Source: Nanobdellati archaeon
GTDB lineage: Archaea; EX4484-52; GLR71
DNA: 29,281 bases
Direction of reading: 5' to 3'
Assembly: GCA_019429125.1 (NCBI GenBank)
Contig: JAHYJO010000016.1
Coordinates: 1-29,281 of the forward strand
The notes beneath the pieces were generated by a model. The model searched no databases, had not been told where the DNA came from, and was given only the letters and a program-made list of their open reading frames with translations. A program made the position numbers and the translations under genes. Of this stretch, positions 8,156-17,203 are shown one piece after another (position 1 is the stretch's first letter; every line of letters begins with the position of its first letter).

Positions 8156-9576
8156 GTACTTGTTTAGCTAATTCATCTAAATCTCTGTAAATTTATATAG
8201 TACATAACCGAAAAACAAAAATACTACTACTAATAATCATTATAATATATGGATCTAATATCAAATATAGATAATATGGAAAAAGAAGAATTGAAAACAA
8301 TTATCTTTAAGTTAATGAATGATATTGAACAATTAAAAAATGAGCTTGCAAAATACAAAAATCCAAACACCCCGCCTTCTGCAAACAAGCACCTTAAACC
8401 AAATACTCAGGGTCTTAAATCTGAAGATAAAAAACGTGGTGCCCCTAAAGGACATAAAGGCACCACAAGAATACAAATACCAATTAGAAAAGAAGTTATT
8501 AATTCTCATATTTGTCCAAACTGTAAAAGTTCGCATGTTGTCGATAAACAAATATTAAAACGAGTTGTTGAGGATGTTTCAGATGAAGTAAAACCCGAAA
8601 TTGTAGAATCCGAAATTCACAAAAAGGAATGCAAAAATTGCGGTCATGTGTTCATACCTGAACACAACACAACTCCTTTAATCGGTAAATTTGGTATAAA
8701 CATAATGGTTCTTGTTGTTTTTATAAAATTCATGTTGCGAGGTGTTTTAAGGAAATCTTCAACATTTTTTGATAAAAATTTTACACTAAAAATGACACCT
8801 GCAACAATCAATACGATAATAAAAAGAGTTGCAGATGCATCTGAAATTGAATATAATGCAATTAAATATAGAATAAAGATTGCAAAGATTGTTTATATTG
8901 ATGAAACGAGTTTTTCAGTTCTTGGAAAAAAATGGTGGGTCTGGGTTTTTAGGACAGAACATGACATTTTACTAGTAATTAGACCTAGCCGAGGCAATAA
9001 TGTGCTTGAAGAGATACTTGGAAAAGATTATACAGGGACAGTTATCTGTGACTGTTGGAGAGCATATAATTATCTATCAAATGCCCAGCTTCAGCGTTGC
9101 TGGGCACATTTGATTAGAAAATCTAAATTGCTAGAAACGATTGCAGGTAAAAATTTTCATAAAAAATTGAAACGATTGTTCAAAGAGATAAAACAATTCA
9201 ATTCATCAAAACATACTGAATTGGAAAGAACTGAAAAATATGAAATTATGACAAAGGAACTCAATAAACTGATAAAATATTATTCAAAATATGATGATTT
9301 GATGCCGGTTGTAAAATATATTAACTTCAATCTTGAAAATTGGTTTACTTGCATCAAAATTGAAGGTGTTGAACCCACAAATAATTTTGCAGAGCAAGCA
9401 ATAAGAGAAACGGTTGTGGTTCGAAAAATCATTGGTGCGTTCAGGTCAGAATCAGGAAAAGACAATTATGAAATCCTAGCATCATTGATGGCAACATGGC
9501 AATTGAAAGATGTAGATATAAAAGCAGAACTTAAGCAGATGCTGATAAAGAATTTATGTTTTTGCTAAACAAGTAC
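8156..9576 (+). mobile_element. IS66-family element, single-ORF (TnpC-only, ISBst12-like organisation)
   Basis: TIRs GTACTTGTTTAGC / GCTAAACAAGTAC. 8-bp TSD AAATAATT at 8148-8155 and 9577-9584. Confidence 0.95.
8249..9568 (+). CDS. IS66-family DDE transposase
   Basis: NPNTPPS, GAPKGHKG, CPNC…CKNC zinc ribbon, YIDETS, VICDCW, QRCWAHLIR and PTNNFAEQAIR. Stop lies inside the right TIR. Confidence 0.95.
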   Translation: MDLISNIDNMEKEELKTIIFKLMNDIEQLKNELAKYKNPNTPPSANKHLKPNTQGLKSEDKKRGAPKGHKGTTRIQIPIRKEVINSHICPNCKSSHVVDKQILKRVVEDVSDEVKPEIVESEIHKKECKNCGHVFIPEHNTTPLIGKFGINIMVLVVFIKFMLRGVLRKSSTFFDKNFTLKMTPATINTIIKRVADASEIEYNAIKYRIKIAKIVYIDETSFSVLGKKWWVWVFRTEHDILLVIRPSRGNNVLEEILGKDYTGTVICDCWRAYNYLSNAQLQRCWAHLIRKSKLLETIAGKNFHKKLKRLFKEIKQFNSSKHTELERTEKYEIMTKELNKLIKYYSKYDDLMPVVKYINFNLENWFTCIKIEGVEPTNNFAEQAIRETVVVRKIIGAFRSESGKDNYEILASLMATWQLKDVDIKAELKQMLIKNLCFC

Positions 9577-9681
9577 AAATAATTTAGTTTTTTTACAAAA
9601 ATATTATTTTAGTTATTGATAGGTTTAATACCTCTAGAGCTTTGCTCCGTGGGATAGTGGATTTTAGGCAATTCCTTAATA

Positions 9682-9849
9682 TTTTATAGAACCTATCCAA
9701 TAGTCCAAACACAGTCTGAACAATTAAGTTGGTCGCATCTTGTTGAGTTGATGTATATCGAAAACAATGATGAACGCAAGTTTTATGAACAACAATCAAT
9801 CCAAAATATGTTGAGTGTCAGGCAATTACAAAAACAGACATTACTCTAA
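9682..9849 (+). pseudogene. Fragment of a second YhcG/DUF1016 N-terminal domain
   Basis: FYRTYPIVQTQSEQLSWSHLVELMYIENNDERKFYEQQSIQNMLSVRQLQKQ, with high DNA similarity to about 3805-3960. Confidence 0.88.
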
Positions 9850-9997
9850 GCACAACATACAATTATCAAATTATAACAGATAACAAGCGCACCCTATACC
9901 TCCTCAAGCTCACACCGATTCTGCTGGCATACCGGCACATCACCTAAGACAGACATATAAACAAAAAAAGAAAAATCATCCTATCGGGATGATTAAC

Positions 9998-10846
9998 ATG
10001 GATAAAAATAATGCTTTAGTTTTGTTTGAAGACAAAGATATCAGAAGAGTGTGGTATAACAATCAATGGTATTTTTCAGTTATTGATATTATCGATGCAT
10101 TGACAGATAGTTCTATACCTAGGAGATACTGGTCTGATTTAAAAATAAAACTTGGTGAAGAAGGATTCCAGTTGTACGAAATTATCGTACAACTTAAACT
10201 ACAATCTGTTGACGGCAAATCATACAATACTGATTGTGCCAACACAAAGTCATTATTTAGGATAATTCAGTCAATACCATCTAAAAAGGCAGAACCATTC
10301 AAACTATGGCTCGCACAAGTAGGGTATGAAAGAGTTAAAGAGATTGAAAACCCCGAAATCGGACAAGACAGAATAAGGAATTATTATGAACTTAAAGGTT
10401 ATCCAAAAGACTGGATAGATAAAAGATTAAGAGGAATTGCAATACGTCAAGACCTAACATCAGAATGGAAAAATAGAGACATTGAAGAAGGAAAAGAATT
10501 TGCAATACTAACAAACGAAATTAGTACTGCAACTTTTGGAAAAACCATAAACGAATATAAACAATTCAAAAGTCTGCAAAAGCCAAATCAAAATTTAAGG
10601 GATCATATGAATGACTGGGAATTGATTCTAACTATGATAGGTGAAAAAGCAACAACTGACATAATAATATCAAAAGATTCAATAGGTCTTGAAAAATGTA
10701 AAGATTCTGCAAAAAAAGGTGGCACAATTGCAAAAAATACAAGGGTTGCATTAGAACAAGAAATAGGCAAATCATTGATATCTGATACAAATTATCTACA
10801 CTTGTCGGGAAAAAAGAAAAAATCGTTTATTGAAAATAAAAAATAA
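9998..10846 (+). CDS. Bro-N domain-containing protein (phage antirepressor-like)
   Basis: LFEDKDIRRVW, WYFSVIDII, PRRYWSDLK, LFRIIQSIPSKKAEPFKLWLA and NLRDHM. Alternative start at 9989. Confidence 0.9.
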   Translation: MDKNNALVLFEDKDIRRVWYNNQWYFSVIDIIDALTDSSIPRRYWSDLKIKLGEEGFQLYEIIVQLKLQSVDGKSYNTDCANTKSLFRIIQSIPSKKAEPFKLWLAQVGYERVKEIENPEIGQDRIRNYYELKGYPKDWIDKRLRGIAIRQDLTSEWKNRDIEEGKEFAILTNEISTATFGKTINEYKQFKSLQKPNQNLRDHMNDWELILTMIGEKATTDIIISKDSIGLEKCKDSAKKGGTIAKNTRVALEQEIGKSLISDTNYLHLSGKKKKSFIENKK

Positions 10847-10858
10847 AGATTTCAGAAT

Positions 10859-10954
10859 CATACAACAACAAATGTCTACAATATAAATCTTCAAACAATT
10901 CAATAACAAGAGGCAATATTATGACAGACCTGAAAAAAATACCCAAAATCAATA
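10859..10954 (+). repeat. Diverged 96-bp copy of the YhcG leader and first codons (3464-3559)
   Basis: CATACAACAAC…CTTCAAACAATTCAAYAACRAGAGGCAATATTATGA…AAATACCCAAAA is present at both loci. Confidence 0.85.
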
Positions 10955-10990
10955 GTTACATTTATATAACTATTGTTACATAAATATAAC
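10955..10990 (+). promoter_or_regulatory. Tandem imperfect palindromes (putative operator) overlapping the TATA box of the MNT gene
   Basis: GTTACATTTATATAAC (10955-10970) and GTTACATAAATATAAC (10975-10990), 20 bp apart, directly before ATG 10993 of an HTH-containing gene. Confidence 0.6.
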
Positions 10991-10992
10991 AT

Positions 10993-11514
10993 ATGTTCAT
11001 TGAAAGTAACAATCAAAAGATGTTAGAATTATTTTTCAATTATCCAAAAGAGCAATTTACAATAAGGGAAATTGCAAGACGGTTAAACATAGCCCCACCA
11101 ACATCATTACGACTTGTGACCAACTTAACTGAAAAAGGATATATCCAAACAAAAAAACATAGGCATTATACAGATGTGACTGCAAACATAGAAAATACAG
11201 AATTTATTGATTTTAAAAAGATATACAACCTCTATAGCTTATCAAAATTAAAGACATATCTTGTTAAACAATTAAACTATCCGCAAGCGATAATATTGTA
11301 TGGTAGTTATTCGCGTGGAGAAGACACAGAAGAATCCTACATAGACATTTTTATCGTGTCTTCAACAAAAAAAGAAATTGACGTAAATACTTATGAAACC
11401 GAGCTTAAACGAAAGATACACATAATAAAAAAATCAGATTTTAGCATATTGCCTAAAGAGCTTAAGACTAACATAATAAATGGTATTGTACTTTATGGAG
11501 GGATTGAATGTTAA
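10993..11514 (+). CDS. wHTH plus minimal nucleotidyltransferase (MNT) antitoxin-like protein
   Basis: N-terminal FTIREIARRLNIAPPT HTH; C-terminal LYGSYSRGEDTEESYIDI (GSX10DXD with the first Asp replaced by Tyr) and NIINGIVLYG. Confidence 0.88.
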   Translation: MFIESNNQKMLELFFNYPKEQFTIREIARRLNIAPPTSLRLVTNLTEKGYIQTKKHRHYTDVTANIENTEFIDFKKIYNLYSLSKLKTYLVKQLNYPQAIILYGSYSRGEDTEESYIDIFIVSSTKKEIDVNTYETELKRKIHIIKKSDFSILPKELKTNIINGIVLYGGIEC

Positions 11515-11591
11515 CATTTTCGCATTATATTGATAAGAAAAAGTTTTGGTAAGAAAAAAAGACATATCTTTAGCAAGAAGTTTGATTAATA
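11508..11591 (+). pseudogene. N-terminal remnant of probable HEPN toxin partner
   Basis: ATG overlaps the MNT 3' end. MLTFSHYIDKK, then a frameshift to VRKKDISLARSLIN, cut by IS630. HEPN identity is inferred from position and N-terminal pattern only. Confidence 0.5.
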
Positions 11592-12708
11592 TAGCAAACC
11601 AAGAAAGTAATTCCTGTTTTAATCAACTAATCTTTGTATAGATTCAGTACTACAAATACTCATAATTTGTTCTGGTTGTGTTCTTTTAGTAAAACTACTT
11701 ATTGTCGTTGCTAATTGATGCGTACTTTTAAAATTAGTGTTGTTTAACAATTTACTACGTGAATATAACCACCAATGTTCTTGTGGGTTCAGATCTGGCG
11801 AATAGGGTGGCAAAAATTCCAATTTTATATTCGGGTGCTTGTTAAGGTATTTTTTTACTATTATTGACTTATGTACTTTACAATTATCTAACATAATTAT
11901 TACTTTTTTATTTGGATATTTTTTGTTTATCTTATTTAAGAATTTAATGAATATTGGTGCTTTTGAATCTTTTGATGTCATTTGAATAATATCTCCTGTT
12001 TTTGGACATACTGCACCAAAACTATTTAATCGTTTTCGATTTTTTTGTGGTGCTTTAATTTCAAGTCTTTTTTCAAATGTCCAACCATACCCTTTTCTTG
12101 CAGCTGTTTTTGCAGACATTTCATCTTCGAAAAGTATAATTACATCTTTTATTTTATTTGTTTCAATAAATTGTTTTGCGAATTCTTTTTGTTTTTCTAC
12201 GTCTGCTTCTGGGAACTTTATTACTGCTTTCACATATCTTGCACCCATCTGCTTTAGATATTTTCTTAATGTTTCTCTAGAAATCATAATCTTTTTTTTA
12301 TTGAAATAGATCTTGAGTTCTTTTGTGTCCCAGAAAGAGGCATTGACTCCATGTTTTTTTGGATTGTTCTCTTTCAGCAATTGCTTTAATTTATCTTTAT
12401 CTTCTTTTGTGAATTTAGAAGGACGACCTGATTTTGGGTTGTCCTGAACAGTTTTATCATTTATCCATTTCTTAATCCAATTACGGATTGTGGATTCATC
12501 AACACAAAAAAGTTCAGACATTAATTTTATGGAATGACCTTTACTGATTCCATGTAATGCAAAATATCTTTTGTTTTCGTTTGCATCCTTACAATTGCGA
12601 GCCAAGTCTCGCAACAATTGTTCATCCTCTTCAAACATGAATTATAATTAGTAATAAGTTATATTTTTGTTTTTCGGTTATTTATTGAAAAACTTTCGAG
12701 GACTGCTA
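11592..12708 (-). mobile_element. IS630-family element
   Basis: Imperfect TIRs TAGCAAACCAAGAAAGT / TAGCAGTCCTCGAAAGT, flanked by TA at 11590-11591 and 12709-12710. Confidence 0.88.
11619..12638 (-). CDS. IS630-family transposase
   Basis: HTH, KSGRPSK, LFEDEM, MLDNCKVH and LPPYSPDLNPQE (DDE). Confidence 0.95.
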   Translation of the reverse strand: MFEEDEQLLRDLARNCKDANENKRYFALHGISKGHSIKLMSELFCVDESTIRNWIKKWINDKTVQDNPKSGRPSKFTKEDKDKLKQLLKENNPKKHGVNASFWDTKELKIYFNKKKIMISRETLRKYLKQMGARYVKAVIKFPEADVEKQKEFAKQFIETNKIKDVIILFEDEMSAKTAARKGYGWTFEKRLEIKAPQKNRKRLNSFGAVCPKTGDIIQMTSKDSKAPIFIKFLNKINKKYPNKKVIIMLDNCKVHKSIIVKKYLNKHPNIKLEFLPPYSPDLNPQEHWWLYSRSKLLNNTNFKSTHQLATTISSFTKRTQPEQIMSICSTESIQRLVD

Positions 12709-12710
12709 TA

Positions 12711-12820
12711 ATTGAGTTGTCCACATTTTGTGTATAACTGAAATTAATATCAACTGATTATGAACCTTATACAACAAATTACCTAAACAAAAACTAAATA
12801 TTCTAACACATCAAAAATAT
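12711..12820 (+). pseudogene. Degenerate third Bro-N fragment
   Basis: IELSTFCV*LKLISTDYEPYTTNYLN aligns with FQLYEIIVQLKLQSVDGKSYNTDCAN of 9998-10846. Confidence 0.65.
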
Positions 12821-12914
12821 CATTTTTAATATGTATCTTCAATCAAAATATTTTTAAATCCACCAATCAACCAAATCCCAAACTAATTTAAATATACATA
12901 ATCAACATAGTTGC

Positions 12915-15900
12915 ATGTCAGACTCAAAACCATTAAAAAACAAGCAAGTAACGACAGACTTTTTCATAACTGACGCCGACTACACAACATTTGAAGAAAA
13001 ACCAGCCATCCGCCTCTACGGAAGAACAAAAACAGGAAAGTCCGCAATAGTCTTGACCACCGATTTTGAACCTTATTTCTATATAATACCAAAAACAGAC
13101 CCAAAAGCCACCCAAAAAACAATAAAAGAACTCATTCTCAAAGACGACCAAGACAACACAATCATAATCAAGCGCACAGATATCCAACAAAAAACAGTTG
13201 ACGGCAAAGACATACAAGTTCTAAAGATAATAACTAACAATCCAAAAGACGTGCCCAAACTAAAAGATGCGCTAAAGCACATGAATTTTGTCAGTGACAA
13301 ACGCGAGTACGACATCCCATTCTCAAAAAGATACCTTTTTGACAAAGACATAAGACCTATGTCCTGGCTAAAAATCAAGGGCCAAGAAATAGCAAGCAAC
13401 TACAACTGCGACACCACAATCCTTGCAGAAACAATTGATAAAGACGAAAAAACCCAAGATTTTCCCAAACTAAACATATTAGCCTTTGACATAGAGACAA
13501 TACCCTTACCCAATAACAAACAACAAATAATAATGGCCTCTCTTGCCTCAAGTAGTGGTCTAAAAAAAGTAATCACCTACCAAAAAGCCACACAAAAAGA
13601 CACAATAATCAAAGCCTCGGAAAAGGAACTCATAGAAGAACTAATAGTGCAAATCCAAAAAGAAAAACCAGATTTCATAGTAACTTATAACGGTGACCAA
13701 TTTGATTTCACAGTCTTAAAAGATCGCGCAGACATAAACAAACTAACTCTCAACCTAGGTTTCAACACAAGACCTATGGAATTTTCAAGGCGTGGCATGA
13801 CAAGTGCGGCAATCATCAAGGGCTCTGCGCACATAGACCTCTACCAGTTCATATTCAAGGTCATGCGAACCACATTAAAATCCGAAACCTTAACCTTAGA
13901 CAATGTCGCAAATGAGCTAATCAACGAAAAAAAATTGGACATGGACTTTGAAGAGATGCAACGGATATGGAAAAACAAAGAAGACTTAAAAACAATAGCT
14001 GAATACAACCTTCACGACTCTATAATCACCTTAAAACTTGCCGAATACATCTTGCCTAACATATTTGCTATGTGCCACCTGACAAACCAGATTCCTTCTG
14101 ATGCTGGCAGATCAACTTACGGTCAACTCGTAGAATCATTTGCAATGAAAAATGCTACAAAACTTAACACTATAGTCCCGAACCGTCCATCAAGCGAAAC
14201 TGTATCTGACCGTAAACAGATAGCACCAATTGAGGGCGCATTCGTCGTAGAACCAACCCCAGGACTCTATAAAGACATTGCAGTATTTGATTTCAAATCC
14301 TTGTACCCGTCAATAATTGTATCTCATAACATATCTCCTGAGACTTTAAACTGTGCCTGCTGCAAACACTCAAATAAGAACAGAGTGCCGGGCTTCCCCT
14401 ATTACTTCTGCGAAAAAGAAAAGGGCTTTATCCCTGAAATTCTTGAAGAACTGCTCAAGGGAAGGGCAAAGGTCAAGGCAGAGATGAAAAAATATGACAG
14501 AAAAAGCCAGGAACACATACTTCTTGACAAGAAGCAGTATGCTTTCAAGACAGTGGCAAACGCATTCTATGGCTATCTCGGCTTTGCCGGATCCAGATGG
14601 TATAAGAGAGAGTGTGCAGAATCAGTCACAGCATTTGGAAGAAGCTACATCCACCACACAATAGACACTGCAAAGGATTTTGGATTAAAAACTATATATG
14701 GGGATAGCATCACTAAAAATCGTTTTGTGACTATTCTTGATAATGAAAGAAAATTACAGATAAAAAACATAGAAGACCTTTTTTACGAAAATTCCGACCA
14801 TATTTTTGAAAGAGATGATAAGGAAGTTGTTTTTCCAGTTAATCTGAAAGCTCTCAGCTTAGATACAAACACAGGAAAAGCGAAATTTAATAAGATCAAT
14901 GAAATTATAAGGCACAAATGCAGAAAAAATGTATTTAGAGTAAATCAAAAATTTGGAGAAACCTGTGTAACAGAAGATCATTCATTGATTGCAAAAGATA
15001 AAAACAATAATTTTTTGCCTGCAACAGTACATGAACTGAAAAATATGCAGATTGCAAAGATAATTGATATTCCCAAGTTAAAGCCGTTAACTAGAATAGA
15101 CCTCTATGATTATCTAAAATCTTACAAGATTCAATTAGATTATAAGAACCTAAAAAAGATAGCTCAGGTACATTATAACGATAATTTTGTCTGGTTTGGC
15201 TGGACAAGAAGAAAAGACAAGATACTTCTGAAACGTTTTATTGATGTCGGAACTGAAGAATTTGATGCATTATGTCGTATTTTTGGGATTTATATTGCAG
15301 AAGGATCCTCATCTACTCCAGAGACTACAAAAAGCTGTGCGGGTGCATCAATATATTTAGGTAATAAAGAGTATCTAGAAAAAGTAAAAGATGATTATGG
15401 TCTGCTTTTCTCTGGCGCAAAAGCATCAATAATAAGGTCTTGTTTGAAACCAAGAAAAATAAAGATTGCGTCAGGAGATTCATTTTATGAGGGTATAACT
15501 TACAAATTGCAGATGATGAATAATCTCTCTGCAGTATTCTTCAAATGTATGTGTGGTCAGAAAAGCAATGCTAAAAAACTGCCACAATTTATATATCATG
15601 TACCTATAAAATACAAAAAGATTCTTCTAGATGCTATGATTGACGGGGATGGTAGTCGTAATGTAAACAAAAAGTTAGGATACACAAAAGATTATATAAA
15701 AAATAATTTTAGATATAGTACAATTTCTCTTGAACTTATGTGTGGTTTATCCTTTTTGTTATCTCAGATGGAAATAAATTATTCTATGCGACATAGGCCA
15801 TCTAAAGATGAATATATTTTGCAGACATCCTCAAAACATAATTCTCGCATAATTACTAAAATAAAGCCTGTAATCTATGACAATTATGTATATGATTTAT

Positions 15901-16646
15901 CTGTTGAGGGAACAAACACTTTTGTAGATTCATGTGGTCAGATAGTATTGCATAATACAGATTCTCTCTTCCTTCTCCTTGACAGTAAAGAAGAAAAAAC
16001 AGCAAAATCATTCCTCACTCACATAAACAAAAACTTACCTGGTATGATGGAGCTTGAATTTGAAGACCTATTCAAAAGTGGCATCTTCGCAGCAAAAAAG
16101 TCAGGCACAGGTGGCGCAAAAAAGAGATATGCACTCATGAAAGAATCAGGAGAATTAAAAATACGCGGTTTTGAGCGAGTAAGACGCGACTGGTCAAGTC
16201 TTGCAAAAGATACCCAAGAAAAAGTGATGCGCCTCGTCTTAACAGGTAAAAAAGATGAAGCAACAGAATTAGTAAAAAAAGTAATCACAGATTTAAAATT
16301 AGGAAAGACAGATTTGGACATCTTAATCATTCATAACCAATTGACAATGCCAATCGCCAAATACGTGCAGATGGGACCGCACGTTGCAGCTGCAAAAAAA
16401 GCAGAAGCCAAAGGATTAAAGATAGAGCCTGGAACAGTCCTTAAATACATAATAACTAAAGGCACTGGTTCAATAAGTGACCGCGCATACCTATCTCAAT
16501 TTGCAAAAGATTATGACCCAGACTATTACATAAACCATCAAATACTTCCAGCTGCTTTGAGGATACTTTCAGCCGTCGGTGTCACAGAAGACCAGCTATT
16601 GAACAAAGGTACTCAGAAAGGATTATTTTCATTCTCTGGCAAATGA
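12915..16646 (+). CDS. polB: Family B DNA polymerase (PolB3-type) with one intein; about 826 aa after splicing
   Basis: Exo motifs FDIET, TYNGDQFD and YNLHDS; pol motifs DFKSLYPSII, KTVANAFYGY, YGD|TDS, KKRYA and GFERVRRDW. PIP-like QKGLFSF at the C-terminus. Confidence 0.97.
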   Translation: MSDSKPLKNKQVTTDFFITDADYTTFEEKPAIRLYGRTKTGKSAIVLTTDFEPYFYIIPKTDPKATQKTIKELILKDDQDNTIIIKRTDIQQKTVDGKDIQVLKIITNNPKDVPKLKDALKHMNFVSDKREYDIPFSKRYLFDKDIRPMSWLKIKGQEIASNYNCDTTILAETIDKDEKTQDFPKLNILAFDIETIPLPNNKQQIIMASLASSSGLKKVITYQKATQKDTIIKASEKELIEELIVQIQKEKPDFIVTYNGDQFDFTVLKDRADINKLTLNLGFNTRPMEFSRRGMTSAAIIKGSAHIDLYQFIFKVMRTTLKSETLTLDNVANELINEKKLDMDFEEMQRIWKNKEDLKTIAEYNLHDSIITLKLAEYILPNIFAMCHLTNQIPSDAGRSTYGQLVESFAMKNATKLNTIVPNRPSSETVSDRKQIAPIEGAFVVEPTPGLYKDIAVFDFKSLYPSIIVSHNISPETLNCACCKHSNKNRVPGFPYYFCEKEKGFIPEILEELLKGRAKVKAEMKKYDRKSQEHILLDKKQYAFKTVANAFYGYLGFAGSRWYKRECAESVTAFGRSYIHHTIDTAKDFGLKTIYGDSITKNRFVTILDNERKLQIKNIEDLFYENSDHIFERDDKEVVFPVNLKALSLDTNTGKAKFNKINEIIRHKCRKNVFRVNQKFGETCVTEDHSLIAKDKNNNFLPATVHELKNMQIAKIIDIPKLKPLTRIDLYDYLKSYKIQLDYKNLKKIAQVHYNDNFVWFGWTRRKDKILLKRFIDVGTEEFDALCRIFGIYIAEGSSSTPETTKSCAGASIYLGNKEYLEKVKDDYGLLFSGAKASIIRSCLKPRKIKIASGDSFYEGITYKLQMMNNLSAVFFKCMCGQKSNAKKLPQFIYHVPIKYKKILLDAMIDGDGSRNVNKKLGYTKDYIKNNFRYSTISLELMCGLSFLLSQMEINYSMRHRPSKDEYILQTSSKHNSRIITKIKPVIYDNYVYDLSVEGTNTFVDSCGQIVLHNTDSLFLLLDSKEEKTAKSFLTHINKNLPGMMELEFEDLFKSGIFAAKKSGTGGAKKRYALMKESGELKIRGFERVRRDWSSLAKDTQEKVMRLVLTGKKDEATELVKKVITDLKLGKTDLDILIIHNQLTMPIAKYVQMGPHVAAAKKAEAKGLKIEPGTVLKYIITKGTGSISDRAYLSQFAKDYDPDYYINHQILPAALRILSAVGVTEDQLLNKGTQKGLFSFSGK
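14706..15956 (+). mobile_element. Intein (417 aa) with LAGLIDADG homing endonuclease, inserted in the YGD/TDS catalytic motif
   Basis: Begins SITKNRFV, block B VTEDHSL, LAGLIDADG-like FGIYIAEGS and LDAMIDGDGS, ends VYDLSVEGTNTF…VLHN before Thr+1. Confidence 0.95.
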
Positions 16647-16808
16647 TACTATAAATTTATGTTATTGTCTCACTCAACATATTATTTATTTTTGATTCCT
16701 TATTTTTTCAACCGTTTTTTTAAAAGAAAGATAAAACTTTGCAATATTAATCTCATAATCTCTGAAATTAACTGCAATTGATATATGCTAAACAGTTAAT
16801 CTGTACTT

Positions 16809-17182
16809 TTAATCAACGCCTATCACGTTCTTGAGCCCTTTGTGAATCCTTTCAAATAAAACATAATAAGTACCTTTTCCAGTTTTGCCATATCTGATAA
16901 ATATTTTTTTAATCCTCAACGTCAAAGACTTTAATATCTAGACTTATCTCCTGCTTTATCCTTTGCCTAATCTTCTGTGATATTGATTTCAATGTCAGGT
17001 CAGAGACTTCCTGCCTGACAATTAATTTGCTATCAACTCTCAAAATATACCGTGCCATCTTTATTGTTCAAAAAACCACATATTGTCTTCAACGATTTGT
17101 CAAGCTGTGCTGTAGATTTCTTGAATTCAACCCTCTCAGTCTCACCATTTAAAACGATTTCAATAAGACTTTTTTCATCCAT
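16809..17182 (-). pseudogene. Internally deleted, frameshifted AlbA_2/RecG-C-like gene (paralog of 4588-5552); not in the ORF track
   Basis: MDEKSLIEIVLNGETERVEFKKSTAQLDKSLKTICGFLNNKDGTVYF, frameshift, QEVSDLTLKSISQKIRQRIK, then directly the tail RYGKTGKGTYYVL. GAGAGG RBS upstream. Confidence 0.85.
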
Positions 17183-17203
17183 AAAACGTCCTCTCAAAAG
17201 ACA

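Noticed and set aside
9628-9660. GAGC-TTT-GCTC hairpin resembling an IS200/IS605 or REP-like end
   Set aside because: The stem is short and degenerate, single copy, with no tnpA/tnpB nearby.
3526-12820. Diversity-generating retroelement or integron explaining the repeats
   Set aside because: No reverse transcriptase or tyrosine integrase is in the window, differences between repeat copies are not adenine-specific, and no attC-like sites were recognised.
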